Assembly: GCA_035526025.1 (NCBI GenBank)
Contig: DATLDE010000011.1
Span: forward strand, 121,056-185,055
Length of the DNA: 64,000 bases
Direction of reading: 5' to 3'
Source: Candidatus Limnocylindrales bacterium
Lineage (GTDB): Bacteria; Patescibacteriota; Microgenomatia; Levybacterales; UBA12049
Numbering within the stretch: position 1 is the stretch's first letter; every line of letters starts with the position of its first letter. The position numbers and the translations under genes were made by a program. Under the pieces are notes generated by a model, which saw only the letters and a program-made list of their open reading frames with translations, did no database searches and was not told the origin of the DNA. Of this stretch, positions 50,377-59,883 are shown piece by piece.

Positions 50377-51080
50377 TTATCCCCGCAATAGATATAAAGA
50401 ATGGTAAATGCGTAAGGCTTACTCAGGGTGATTATACTCGTGAGAAAATCTACAATGAAGATCCAGTAATGCAAGCATTGCAGTGGGAGGATCGAGGTGC
50501 AAAAATGCTTCACATTGTAGATTTAGATGGAGCAAAAAATGGTTTTCTGGATAATTTTGAAATAATTAAAAGAATAAATCAGGTGGTTAAAATTCCACTT
50601 CAAGTCGGAGGAGGAATTAGAAGTAAAAAAACTGTAAAACGATTATTATATTGTGGTGTATCAAGAGTGGTTTTAGGAACAGTAGCTCTTGAGAACGAAA
50701 AAGAAATGATAAATATCTTAAGTGAATTTGCATCTCAAATTGCCGTTGCGCTTGATACAAAAGATGGCAAACTCATGAAACAAGGCTGGCTTGAAGATAG
50801 TGACCGAAACCTTATAGCTACTGCTGTAAGACTTCAAGACTTAGGAGTTCAGAGATTTATTTATACCGATGTTATAAAAGATGGAACTATGACTGAACCA
50901 AATTATAAAGAGATTGCGAATCTAACTAAAAATCTTTCGGTTCCTGTAATTGCTAGTGGTGGAATATCGGATATTAACAATATAATAAAATTAAATTCCC
51001 TAAAGGTAGAGGGCATAATAATAGGGAAAGCACTTTATGAAAACAAATTTAATCTAAGGGAGGCAATGCATGCTTACTAA
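50370..51080 (+). CDS. hisA: ProFAR isomerase
   Basis: [39 protein letters not shown]. Confidence 0.96.
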   Translation: MLIIPAIDIKNGKCVRLTQGDYTREKIYNEDPVMQALQWEDRGAKMLHIVDLDGAKNGFLDNFEIIKRINQVVKIPLQVGGGIRSKKTVKRLLYCGVSRVVLGTVALENEKEMINILSEFASQIAVALDTKDGKLMKQGWLEDSDRNLIATAVRLQDLGVQRFIYTDVIKDGTMTEPNYKEIANLTKNLSVPVIASGGISDINNIIKLNSLKVEGIIIGKALYENKFNLREAMHAY

Positions 51081-51825
51081 ACGAATCATTCCATGCTTGG
51101 ATGTAGATAAAGGTAGAGTTGTAAAAGGCGTCAATTTTATAAACATAAAAGACGCTGGGGACCCTATAGAATTAGCAAAGTTTTACAACAAAGAGGGTGC
51201 GGATGAGCTGGCATTTTTGGATATTACAGCATCTATTGAGAAAAGGAATATAATGCTTAGTGTTGTAAAAGAAGTCGCAAGACAAGTATTCATTCCTTTT
51301 ACAGTTGGAGGAGGAATTCGCTCAATTGAAGACATAAGAAATATGCTTTTGTCCGGTGCTGATAAAGTCTCACTTAACACATCAGCAGTAAAAAATCATG
51401 AGCTTATTACAAAGGCTTCTAACGCTTTTGGTAGCCAATGTATAGTTCTTGCAATTGATGCAAAAAAAGAAAATAATGGATGGAAGGTCTATGTCAATGG
51501 CGGAAGAACTCCTACGGATTTAGATGCACTCAGCTGGGCAAAAGAGGCTGTTCGCAAAGGAGCTGGAGAAATATTATTAACAAGCATTGATCGCGATGGT
51601 ACGAGAAATGGCTTTGATCTTGAATTAACAAGTATGATTTCTAAAAATGTATGCGTACCAGTAATAGCATCCGGTGGAGCTGGGAAAATTGAAGATTTTG
51701 AAAATGTTTTTAAGAAAGGTTTGGCTGATGCAGCACTTGCTGCTTCCCTATTTCACTTTGGTAAATTAACAATTAAAGAGATTAAGAAATATCTGGAGAG
51801 ATCAAAGATAGCTGTGAGGAACTAA
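51070..51825 (+). CDS. hisF: Imidazole glycerol phosphate synthase, cyclase subunit
   Basis: [37 protein letters not shown]. Confidence 0.98.
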   Translation: MLTKRIIPCLDVDKGRVVKGVNFINIKDAGDPIELAKFYNKEGADELAFLDITASIEKRNIMLSVVKEVARQVFIPFTVGGGIRSIEDIRNMLLSGADKVSLNTSAVKNHELITKASNAFGSQCIVLAIDAKKENNGWKVYVNGGRTPTDLDALSWAKEAVRKGAGEILLTSIDRDGTRNGFDLELTSMISKNVCVPVIASGGAGKIEDFENVFKKGLADAALAASLFHFGKLTIKEIKKYLERSKIAVRN

Positions 51826-51826
51826 T

Positions 51827-52156
51827 ATGAAAAATTTTATCGATTTTAAAAAGAACAAGGGCTTGGTGCCTGCTATAATCCAGGATTATAAAACGGGGGT
51901 TGCTTATATGCTGGGATACATGAACCAAGAAGCACTACGAAAAACCACTGAAACTAATTTGGTTTATTTTTGGAGCAGGAATACAAAAAAACTCTGGTTA
52001 AAAGGTGAAGAATCCGGAAACAAGTTAAAAGTTATCGAACTTTTCGCTGATTGCGATAATGATACAATACTCATTAAGGTAGAATTAATTGGAAGCAATG
52101 TATGTCATACCGGAAGCATGAGCTGTTTTTACACAAAGTTGGGAGAAAAAATATGA
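51827..52156 (+). CDS. hisI: Phosphoribosyl-AMP cyclohydrolase
   Basis: GLVPAIIQD, WSR, KGEESG, DCDND, CHTG..SCF. Confidence 0.96.
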   Translation: MKNFIDFKKNKGLVPAIIQDYKTGVAYMLGYMNQEALRKTTETNLVYFWSRNTKKLWLKGEESGNKLKVIELFADCDNDTILIKVELIGSNVCHTGSMSCFYTKLGEKI

Positions 52157-52443
52157 CACTAGATCAACTATACAAAATAATTAAAGATCGTAAAGAGAAT
52201 ATGCCAAAGAATTCTTATGTGACTTCCCTGCTCCTTCAGGGAGAAGATCGTGTTATTCAAAAAATAGGTGAAGAAGCTACTGAAGTTATCATTGCGGCAA
52301 AAAATACAAATAAAGAAAAATTTACTTCAGAAACTTCCGACTTATTGTTTCACATAATTATACTTCTTAATTTAAAAAATGTAACTCTTGATGATATTTT
52401 CCTTGAATTAGAAAATAGGAAAAGTAAACAAAAAAAAGTATAA
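52153..52443 (+). CDS. hisE: Phosphoribosyl-ATP pyrophosphatase
   Basis: SY...L, KIGEEA.E, E.SDL.FH, EL..R; ATGA overlap with hisI. Confidence 0.95.
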   Translation: MTLDQLYKIIKDRKENMPKNSYVTSLLLQGEDRVIQKIGEEATEVIIAAKNTNKEKFTSETSDLLFHIIILLNLKNVTLDDIFLELENRKSKQKKV

Positions 52444-52450
52444 TATATTT

Positions 52451-53647
52451 ATGATTGCACCTAGAACACTAAAAGGCTTTAGGGATTTTTTGCCAAAAGA
52501 AGCACGGAAAAGACAATACGTTATCAAAATCCTAAAAGACGTATTTGAATCTTTTGGCTTTGATCCCATAGAGACGCCAATTCTTGAATATGAAGAGATT
52601 CTTGCAGGAAAATATGGAGAGGAGGGCGAGAAACTTATATATCGCTTTGAGGACAATGGTGGAAGACGTGTAGCTATGCGCTATGACCAGACAGTTCCTT
52701 TGGCACGTGTTATTTCTCAGTATCAAAATGAGCTACCAATGCCGTTTAAAAGATATCAGATCCAGCCGGTGTTTCGCGCCGACAAACCACAAAAAGGCAG
52801 ATACCGCGAATTCATCCAGTGTGATATAGACACACTTGGAATTAACTCAGCTGCAACAGATGCAGAAATTATTGCTGTTGTGTCCAAGGCTTTTGAAAAT
52901 CTTAATTTCAAGAACTTCAAAATTCTTGTAAATAACCGCTCTGTTTTCAGGGACTTACCAACAAAAGCAATAATTATTATTGATAAATTAAAAAAAATAG
53001 GTCCTGAAAAAGTAAAAGAAGAACTAAGCGAAAAAGGATTTGACCCGGAATCTTTGACAAAAATTCAAAATGCTCCCCTCCCCGATTCGCTTAAGCTGGT
53101 ACTGAAAATTGCTGAAAAAATGGGAGTTGATAAAGACAAAATTTTGTTTGAACCTACACTTGCACGTGGACTTGATTATTACACAGGAACAATTATCGAA
53201 GTTGAGTCCCCTGACTATCCTACTGGATCACTTGGTGGAGGTGGAAGATATGATAATCTGATAGGCATGTTCGGCAACAAGCAAATTCCCGCAGTTGGAT
53301 TCTCATTTGGTTTTGATAGAGTTATTGAAGCCATGGAAGAGTTAAATCTCTTCCCGAAAAATCTTGAAACAACAAAGGTGCTTGTAACAATTTTCAGCGT
53401 TGAACTCGCTGATAAATCTATGGAGATTGTGAATAATCTACGAAGTAAGAATATCAACACTGAAATATATCTGGACGCAAATACCAAGATTGAAAAACAA
53501 CTTAAATACGCAGATCAGAAAAATATACCATATGTAATCCTACTGGGACCAAATGAAGTTGAAAAAAAAGTAATAACTTTGCGAAATATGAATACTCGCG
53601 AGCAAAAAACCCTGAGCATTGATCAACTGCCTGATGAACTTGTCTAA
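52451..53647 (+). CDS. hisS: Histidine-tRNA ligase
   Basis: GFRDFLP, RYDQTVP, GRYREF.Q, RGLDYYTG, GGGRYD, anticodon domain. Confidence 0.97.
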   Translation: MIAPRTLKGFRDFLPKEARKRQYVIKILKDVFESFGFDPIETPILEYEEILAGKYGEEGEKLIYRFEDNGGRRVAMRYDQTVPLARVISQYQNELPMPFKRYQIQPVFRADKPQKGRYREFIQCDIDTLGINSAATDAEIIAVVSKAFENLNFKNFKILVNNRSVFRDLPTKAIIIIDKLKKIGPEKVKEELSEKGFDPESLTKIQNAPLPDSLKLVLKIAEKMGVDKDKILFEPTLARGLDYYTGTIIEVESPDYPTGSLGGGGRYDNLIGMFGNKQIPAVGFSFGFDRVIEAMEELNLFPKNLETTKVLVTIFSVELADKSMEIVNNLRSKNINTEIYLDANTKIEKQLKYADQKNIPYVILLGPNEVEKKVITLRNMNTREQKTLSIDQLPDELV

Positions 53648-54554
53648 GCACCAACTTGCGGTTCTATCATTAATTACTGCAAATGTAATCTGGGGAGCAT
53701 CATTTCCAATTTATAAATGGTCACTACAAAATATCCCTCCATTCACATTTGTTTTCTTGCGATTTTTTCTGGGAGCGATTTTAATTTTTCCTTTTGCTGT
53801 TGGAAAACTGCACATTAAAAAACATGACAGACTTAAAATCTTCATCAGTTCAACATTTGGCATAACCCTTGCAATTTCATTTTTATTTTTAGGCCTCAGA
53901 CTCGCACCCAGCATAAATGCACCTATTATATTTTCATCAAGCCCTGCAATACTTCTTCTCGTTGCCTTTTTTTATCTAAAAGAAAGACCAAAAAAGAAAA
54001 TAATTATTGGAACAATAATCAGCTTAATTGGTGTGGTACTTATAGTTATTAGCCCAATTCTTGAAAAAGGATTGGGAGGAGCTGTCTATGGAAATCTATT
54101 TTTTATTCTTGCTATTCTTTGCGACATAATGAGTACTGTTATAATTAAAAAATTCATCAAGGATTATTCAACCATCACAGTTGTATTTTGGTCATTCATT
54201 ATTGGATCCCTCTTGCTTTTCCCTCTTGTAATTTACGAAGCACAACAATTTAGCTTTTTAACCCAGTTAACTTATCAGGGCCTGATAGGTATCTCATATG
54301 GAGTATTATTTGCCGCTGTAGCAGCTCATTTATTATTTAATTATGGAATTAAATATATAAAAACGAGTGAAATTGGAATTTTTTCATACGTTGATCCAAT
54401 TGCTACTGCAACTGTTGCAACTCATCTTCTTGGAGAAGCAATCACGTTTTATTACCTACTGGGAGCAATATTGGTTTTTGCGGGTATTTTTATTGCAGAA
54501 CGCCGGATTCATTACCACCCACTCCATTTGTTGAAAAAAGATAGAGATGATTAA
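53634..54554 (+). CDS. EamA/DMT transporter (two domains)
   Basis: IWGA, RF, LKE, about 10 TM helices. Confidence 0.9.
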   Translation: MNLSKHQLAVLSLITANVIWGASFPIYKWSLQNIPPFTFVFLRFFLGAILIFPFAVGKLHIKKHDRLKIFISSTFGITLAISFLFLGLRLAPSINAPIIFSSSPAILLLVAFFYLKERPKKKIIIGTIISLIGVVLIVISPILEKGLGGAVYGNLFFILAILCDIMSTVIIKKFIKDYSTITVVFWSFIIGSLLLFPLVIYEAQQFSFLTQLTYQGLIGISYGVLFAAVAAHLLFNYGIKYIKTSEIGIFSYVDPIATATVATHLLGEAITFYYLLGAILVFAGIFIAERRIHYHPLHLLKKDRDD

Positions 54555-55348
54555 GCATTTATTCGCACGAGGTCTCTTGCTTTTTTAAGCCTTCCCTTAG
54601 CAGTACTTCTTGGCACGCCTATAACTTTTGCAGCCTCTGCAACTGATAATCCATCGCGTTCTACTAGAAATAATATTTCTTCATCATTAGGATTAAGAGT
54701 CTCTGCAATTACTTCTTTTTTGCGTAGATCCCCCTCATCGTCAACCTCATAAGTCCGTTTTACATCTCTTTTTGATCTATGTATCCTACTTCGAACCGTG
54801 CCAAGTGGTATATCCAGCATTTCAGCTATTTCATTGTATGATAATCCAACTACAGCATTTAGATATAATGCTTCAAGAAAGTCAGTATTTACCCCATTCC
54901 CCATCGCTTGTGCAGTTTGATTTTCTCCTAAATTTATAATTGCCGTTTCCTCCACTGATTCACCCGAATCCCTTAATAGTCTATCTGGAAGCTCGTCTAC
55001 ACTTACACCACTACTTTCGGATACATGCCTCTGCCCTCTTCTTACCTGATTAATTCTAGTGTTGACAATTGCTCTCTTAATATATGGCTCAACACTTCCT
55101 CCCCTCATAGCAAAATCTTCAGATGTTTTTCTTTTTAGGGGTGCTACAACGTTTGCAAGAGCAGTCTGGACCAGATCCTCTGCCGCCTGTGGTTCTCCAT
55201 TCATAAATCTTCTCGCAAAACTTACAAATCTTGGGTATGCGCCGCTGTATGCTACAGAATCATTATCCAAAAACTGCTCCAAGGTCATTCCGGCTGACGC
55301 ATTTCCAACATGACCACGCCTAGGTAATTCGTGTTCTAATAAAGCCAT
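54551..55348 (-). CDS. ECF-type sigma-70 factor with a second region-4 HTH
   Basis: AEDLVQ region 2, GLSYNEIAEML..P.GTVRSRIHR, second GLSVAEAAKV.GVP.STAKGRL. Confidence 0.82.
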   Translation of the reverse strand: MALLEHELPRRGHVGNASAGMTLEQFLDNDSVAYSGAYPRFVSFARRFMNGEPQAAEDLVQTALANVVAPLKRKTSEDFAMRGGSVEPYIKRAIVNTRINQVRRGQRHVSESSGVSVDELPDRLLRDSGESVEETAIINLGENQTAQAMGNGVNTDFLEALYLNAVVGLSYNEIAEMLDIPLGTVRSRIHRSKRDVKRTYEVDDEGDLRKKEVIAETLNPNDEEILFLVERDGLSVAEAAKVIGVPRSTAKGRLKKARDLVRINA

Positions 55349-55428
55349 AGATAAAACAGTGCTATAGTTTTCATTTTACTCTTGTTTTTTAGCTTGTCAA
55401 CATGGAGTATTTACGCTATAATATATCC

Positions 55429-55728
55429 ATGAAAGCGAATATACACCCACAATACAAAAGTGAAGCGCAAGTAACGTGCGTGTGCGGAAATAAATTCACG
55501 GCAGGATCTACCAAAGAATCTTTACACATCGAGCTATGTTACAAATGTCACCCATTTTATACAGGCGAGCAGCGCTTTGTTGATAGTGCTTCAAGAATTC
55601 AAAAATTCCAGAACAAACAAAAAGTTGCTTCCACATTCATTGCAACTAAGCAGAAAAAAGTGGATGATAAAAAGAAAAAAGACGACGGGCCCAAAACACT
55701 TCGCGAAATGCTCATGGGCATGAAATAG
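55429..55728 (+). CDS. rpmE: 50S ribosomal protein L31 (Zn-binding type)
   Basis: MKANIHP.Y, CVCG, C..CHPFYTG. Confidence 0.96.
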   Translation: MKANIHPQYKSEAQVTCVCGNKFTAGSTKESLHIELCYKCHPFYTGEQRFVDSASRIQKFQNKQKVASTFIATKQKKVDDKKKKDDGPKTLREMLMGMK

Positions 55729-55787
55729 CTACTCCTATTGTTAACCTCTAATAATTTATCTGTTATGATAAATCTGACAACCAAACT

Positions 55788-56657
55788 ATGAATGACTATC
55801 GCCTGATCCAAATCCAAGAACTTGAAGATAAAATTGAAGAAACCAAAAAACTTCTAGTTGATTCTTCCATGGCAGAACTTGCCAATGAAGAAATAAAAGA
55901 ATTAGAAGAACAAAAAAAAATAATAGAAGATAGCATAAGTACTTCAAATCTTAAAAACGAAGAGGATTTTGACACCAAGAATATTTTACTTGAAATAAAA
56001 GGCGCTGCTGGAGGCGATGAAGCCAAGCTTTGGGCTGAGGAGCTTATACGAATGTACACAAGGTATGGCCAAAAAAAGGGATTCAATGTCGAACAACTTG
56101 AAGAGTATGTCCTGAAAATCTCGGGCGGGTATCAACCTTTTGGTACATTTAAATATGAAGCTGGTGTTCACCGAGTACAAAGAATCCCAGCGACAGAAAA
56201 AAAAGGGCGAATTCATACATCTACTGCTTCTGTATCAATTCTCCCAGAGCTTGAGGACATAGATATTCATATAAGCCCGGATGATATCGAATTTGAAGCT
56301 TTCCGCTCAGGTGGACATGGTGGACAGAATGTAAATAAAGTATCAACAGCTGTTAGGATAAAACACAAGCCGTCAGGAATTGTTGTGACAGCATCCGTTG
56401 AAAGGTCTCAAGGCCAAAACCGTGAGATTTGCATGAAGTTACTACGCGCTCAGCTGTGGGAAAGAGAAGTAGCAAAAAGAGATGAGCAGATATCCTCCCT
56501 TAAATCCACACAGGTAGGACGAGGCGACAGGTCAGAGAAAATAAAAACATACAATTTCCCACAAGACAGACTTACTGATCATAGAATCAATAAATCATGG
56601 AAGAATTTGCCACTGATTCTCGCTGGGGACATCCCCGAAGAACACCCAAATGATTAA
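55788..56657 (+). CDS. prfA: Peptide chain release factor 1 (short)
   Basis: GGDEA, E.GVHRVQRIPATE (PxT), GGQNVNK, YNFPQDR.TDHR; follows rpmE. Confidence 0.92.
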   Translation: MNDYRLIQIQELEDKIEETKKLLVDSSMAELANEEIKELEEQKKIIEDSISTSNLKNEEDFDTKNILLEIKGAAGGDEAKLWAEELIRMYTRYGQKKGFNVEQLEEYVLKISGGYQPFGTFKYEAGVHRVQRIPATEKKGRIHTSTASVSILPELEDIDIHISPDDIEFEAFRSGGHGGQNVNKVSTAVRIKHKPSGIVVTASVERSQGQNREICMKLLRAQLWEREVAKRDEQISSLKSTQVGRGDRSEKIKTYNFPQDRLTDHRINKSWKNLPLILAGDIPEEHPND

Positions 56658-58174
56658 ATCTTTTTTTGAGTCTGCGAAACTAATATCGCTTTTTCTTTCT
56701 CATATCTAGGCATATCCCGTGTTCTAAACTTCGCCCTTCTGTGCCATTGTACCCATGAATATAAAAAGCTTCCAACTTTTATATAAGTCACAACTCTTTG
56801 AGTTTTCTTATTTAGTTCTGGTTTTTTTACGGCAATTTCTCGTAGTGCTAAATTAAGCGCAGGCATCGCAACTGCAGATGATGCCTTACCAACAGCGTTG
56901 GCTTTCACATCAACACCTTTTCTATTATAATGCCATCTCACCCCTGAACTCACTACTTCCCTTCCCGTTCTGACAGCGTAATCGACTGGATCCAATCGGC
57001 CAATCTTAACAGCGCCCAAACCTGACATAATATCAAGCGCTCTGTCTCCTATAAGGTCATACATTGCCCCTCTGTTCGTTGCTCCTCTTTTACTATGCTT
57101 AACAGTAGTACCATCCAGCAGATCTTTAATTATTGATTTAAGATGCGTTCTTCGCGCCCTTTTAATATTTGGCTCTGGTCTTGCCAAATCATAAAGAATT
57201 TCAGCGCCATCTTTAACTCTTGAGAGCGACATGTAATCACCGATTGCACCACCACCATGATATATTATTTTGCCCGCAACTTTACCAGGTATGCTCTCTG
57301 AAATAGCCTGGACCATTTTCTTTGCCTGTTCCGTTCCAGGTATATTCACCCTAGGTGGAATTGCATCTACAACCTCTTTCGGTAACATAATAATCCTTCC
57401 CCCGTGTCCCGAAATTTTACTGCTAACCCACAACTCTGGAGGAAGATGCTCAGTGTATTTACGCCTTGGAGATGGTTTTTCCGCAATCTCAACCCCTTCT
57501 CTTTTCAATCGACGTATAGCTTGAATTGGCGTTTCGTGGGGAGCATCATCAATAAAATCATCTGGAACGCGATCCATCCACCATTTCATTCCTCCCTCGA
57601 TTACTCTTCTAAAACGGTCTCCAAAAAGATCAGTTTTTCCCTGTCTATCGACTAAGATTGTAACATCAGCACCAGCTATTTTTGCGGCACGTATATCTCC
57701 TGTGAGCTTATCGCCAACAACAGCGACCACAGCATCATCATTGTCGGAACTGGCAACAACATTAAGAATCATGTTTGGACCAGGCTTGCGGTCTTTTCTA
57801 CTAAGCGGAACTTGGGTACTGTCAGCTTCTATTTGCGCGTTGGATGAAACAAGTCTCACAAACCCAATTTCATCCCTGGGAGCACTATTTGTTGCAACAT
57901 GAACCTCTCTTAAAATTCTTGCTTTTTTTGCACCTAAAATATTACTACGAGCTGAATCGGGAACATCCCAACCATATAAAGGAACTGTAGTTCCGTCCCT
58001 GTCTAAAACTCCAATCACACCTTTCCCTTCATCAAGTTGCCCCCAATTAATAGAAGCAACATCACGCACATGGAGATTAGGTCTATATGGACGTATAACA
58101 CGATTAACTCCTCTCTTAACTGCTGTTTTCAGTTTTCGTTCTGCTTGTCCTGGCGGTCTTTCTGCTGCTTGCAT
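56654..58174 (-). CDS. HAD-IIIA (YqeG-like) phosphatase fused to a CDP-alcohol phosphatidyltransferase-like domain
   Basis: DRDGT, TNS, RKP, GDKLTGD; then DLLDG...GAMYDLIGD, RE, GK motifs. Confidence 0.72.
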   Translation of the reverse strand: MQAAERPPGQAERKLKTAVKRGVNRVIRPYRPNLHVRDVASINWGQLDEGKGVIGVLDRDGTTVPLYGWDVPDSARSNILGAKKARILREVHVATNSAPRDEIGFVRLVSSNAQIEADSTQVPLSRKDRKPGPNMILNVVASSDNDDAVVAVVGDKLTGDIRAAKIAGADVTILVDRQGKTDLFGDRFRRVIEGGMKWWMDRVPDDFIDDAPHETPIQAIRRLKREGVEIAEKPSPRRKYTEHLPPELWVSSKISGHGGRIIMLPKEVVDAIPPRVNIPGTEQAKKMVQAISESIPGKVAGKIIYHGGGAIGDYMSLSRVKDGAEILYDLARPEPNIKRARRTHLKSIIKDLLDGTTVKHSKRGATNRGAMYDLIGDRALDIMSGLGAVKIGRLDPVDYAVRTGREVVSSGVRWHYNRKGVDVKANAVGKASSAVAMPALNLALREIAVKKPELNKKTQRVVTYIKVGSFLYSWVQWHRRAKFRTRDMPRYEKEKAILVSQTQKKI

Positions 58175-58274
58175 ATGTTATGGATTTTCTCATAAATGAG
58201 AAGCTGATGCAAGAATAAGTATGCATTCAAATTAAGTTTTGACTTTCGGGTAAAATCTGCTAGAATTTTCACTC

Positions 58275-59702
58275 ATGCTGCCCGAGAAAATATCATTTGT
58301 AGACATCGAAACAACAGGAGGAAGATCATTCTACGATCGTATTATAGAAATTGGAATAATCAGGATAGAAAATAATGTAATAGTAAAACAATACGAGTCT
58401 CTTATCAATCCAAAAGCTCACATCCCCAGAGAAATCGAGATGCTGACTGGAATTACAAGTCGGGATCTTGAGAACGCACCAACATTTCGTCAGATTAAAG
58501 ATGATATTCTTGAAATTCTGGCAGATAGTTTTTTCGTTGCTCATAACGTCAGGTTTGACTACGGCTTCTTAAAAAGCGAGTTTCAGCGCGAAAATATTTC
58601 TTTTTCACAAAAGCATTTTTGTACTGTACGCCTTTCACGCCTACTCTACCCCGAATTCAAACATCACAATCTGGATAGCATAATCGACAGATTTGGATTT
58701 GACTGTGCAAATAGACACCGAGCAATGGATGATGCAAAAGTTCTATTTGATTTTTATAAAAAGACAGGTTCTGATTTCCCTTCAGATATTTTTGAACAGG
58801 CTATTTCAAAAACTCTTAAAAAACCCTCAACGCCTTTAAATCTCACGTCATCTGCTCTTGAAAATCTTCCTGAAGAACCAGGAGTATACGTATTTTACGC
58901 AGAAAGCGGCATGCCTCTTTATGTAGGGAAAAGCATCAATTTAAGAGAACGAATCCTATCCCACTTTTCATCAGACATCCACTCCCCAACGGAAATGAAA
59001 ATCTCGCAACAAATAGCCAATATTGAGACCATAACAACAGGCGGTGAACTGGGGGCATTGATTCTTGAATCACAAATGATAAAAAATCTTCTTCCTCTTT
59101 ATAACAAAATATCACGTGTGAAAAGAGAATTAATTGCTGTTAAATCCAGGACAAATAAAGCGGGCTACATGGAAACATACATGGAACCAATACAAAATAT
59201 AAATCCTGAAGAGTTAACTAGCAATAATGAAGAAAGATTCCTGGGATTTTTTAAATCACGCAGACTTGCCAAAGAATATCTTACGTCTCTTTCAAGAAAA
59301 TATTTCTTGTGCGAAAAACTCTTGGGTCTTGAAAAGACAACTACTGCGTGTTTTGGATACAGGCTTTCCAATTGTAAAGGATCTTGCATGGCCGAAGAAA
59401 AGTCTATTTTCTACAACATGCGGTTTACTGAAGCATTTAATACCTCTATCATAAAGCCTTGGCCATATAATGGACCTATCATGATTGAGGAAAAATCAAT
59501 AAAAGGAAATATTGAATATTTTTTAATTGATAAATGGTGTTATCTTGGAAAGATGAAAATTGATGAATACGGTATACCAAATAACCAGCTTACAGATAAT
59601 CTGGAATTTGATTTAGATATTTATAAAATTATAAAAAGATACCTGAGGGAACCCAAAAATCACAAAAAAATCAAAAATGCTAGCGGCCTATCAACATCAT
59701 GA
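58275..59702 (+). CDS. DEDDh 3'-5' exonuclease (DnaQ-like) fused to GIY-YIG (Cho/UvrC-like) domain
   Basis: DIETTG, AHN..FD, HRAMDDA; PGVY.F, LYVGKS..LR.R, P.YN, Cys cluster. Confidence 0.92.
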   Translation: MLPEKISFVDIETTGGRSFYDRIIEIGIIRIENNVIVKQYESLINPKAHIPREIEMLTGITSRDLENAPTFRQIKDDILEILADSFFVAHNVRFDYGFLKSEFQRENISFSQKHFCTVRLSRLLYPEFKHHNLDSIIDRFGFDCANRHRAMDDAKVLFDFYKKTGSDFPSDIFEQAISKTLKKPSTPLNLTSSALENLPEEPGVYVFYAESGMPLYVGKSINLRERILSHFSSDIHSPTEMKISQQIANIETITTGGELGALILESQMIKNLLPLYNKISRVKRELIAVKSRTNKAGYMETYMEPIQNINPEELTSNNEERFLGFFKSRRLAKEYLTSLSRKYFLCEKLLGLEKTTTACFGYRLSNCKGSCMAEEKSIFYNMRFTEAFNTSIIKPWPYNGPIMIEEKSIKGNIEYFLIDKWCYLGKMKIDEYGIPNNQLTDNLEFDLDIYKIIKRYLREPKNHKKIKNASGLSTS

Positions 59703-59826
59703 TGAGAACCATCAAAATAAACCCACCACCTGCAATTATTATCAGATCCTGATCAAAACCAGAGGAGGAGTTGAGTGAACTTTTAACTGCTTTCTTCTTA
59801 GTTGTTTTTGTAGCTTTTTTTGACAT
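59680..59826 (-). CDS. Small Lys-rich tail-anchored protein, 48 aa (not in ORF track)
   Basis: MSKKATKTTKKKAVKSSLNSSSGFDQDLIIIAGGGFILMVLIMMLIGR. Confidence 0.6.
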   Translation of the reverse strand: MSKKATKTTKKKAVKSSLNSSSGFDQDLIIIAGGGFILMVLIMMLIGR

Positions 59827-59883
59827 AAGAAATATTCCTTATACTTATAATACATTATTAGGGATAGCCTTTGTCAAGAGGGA

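Noticed and set aside
52451-53647. hisZ rather than hisS
   Set aside because: It has full catalytic motifs and an anticodon domain, and the long-form HisG does not need HisZ.
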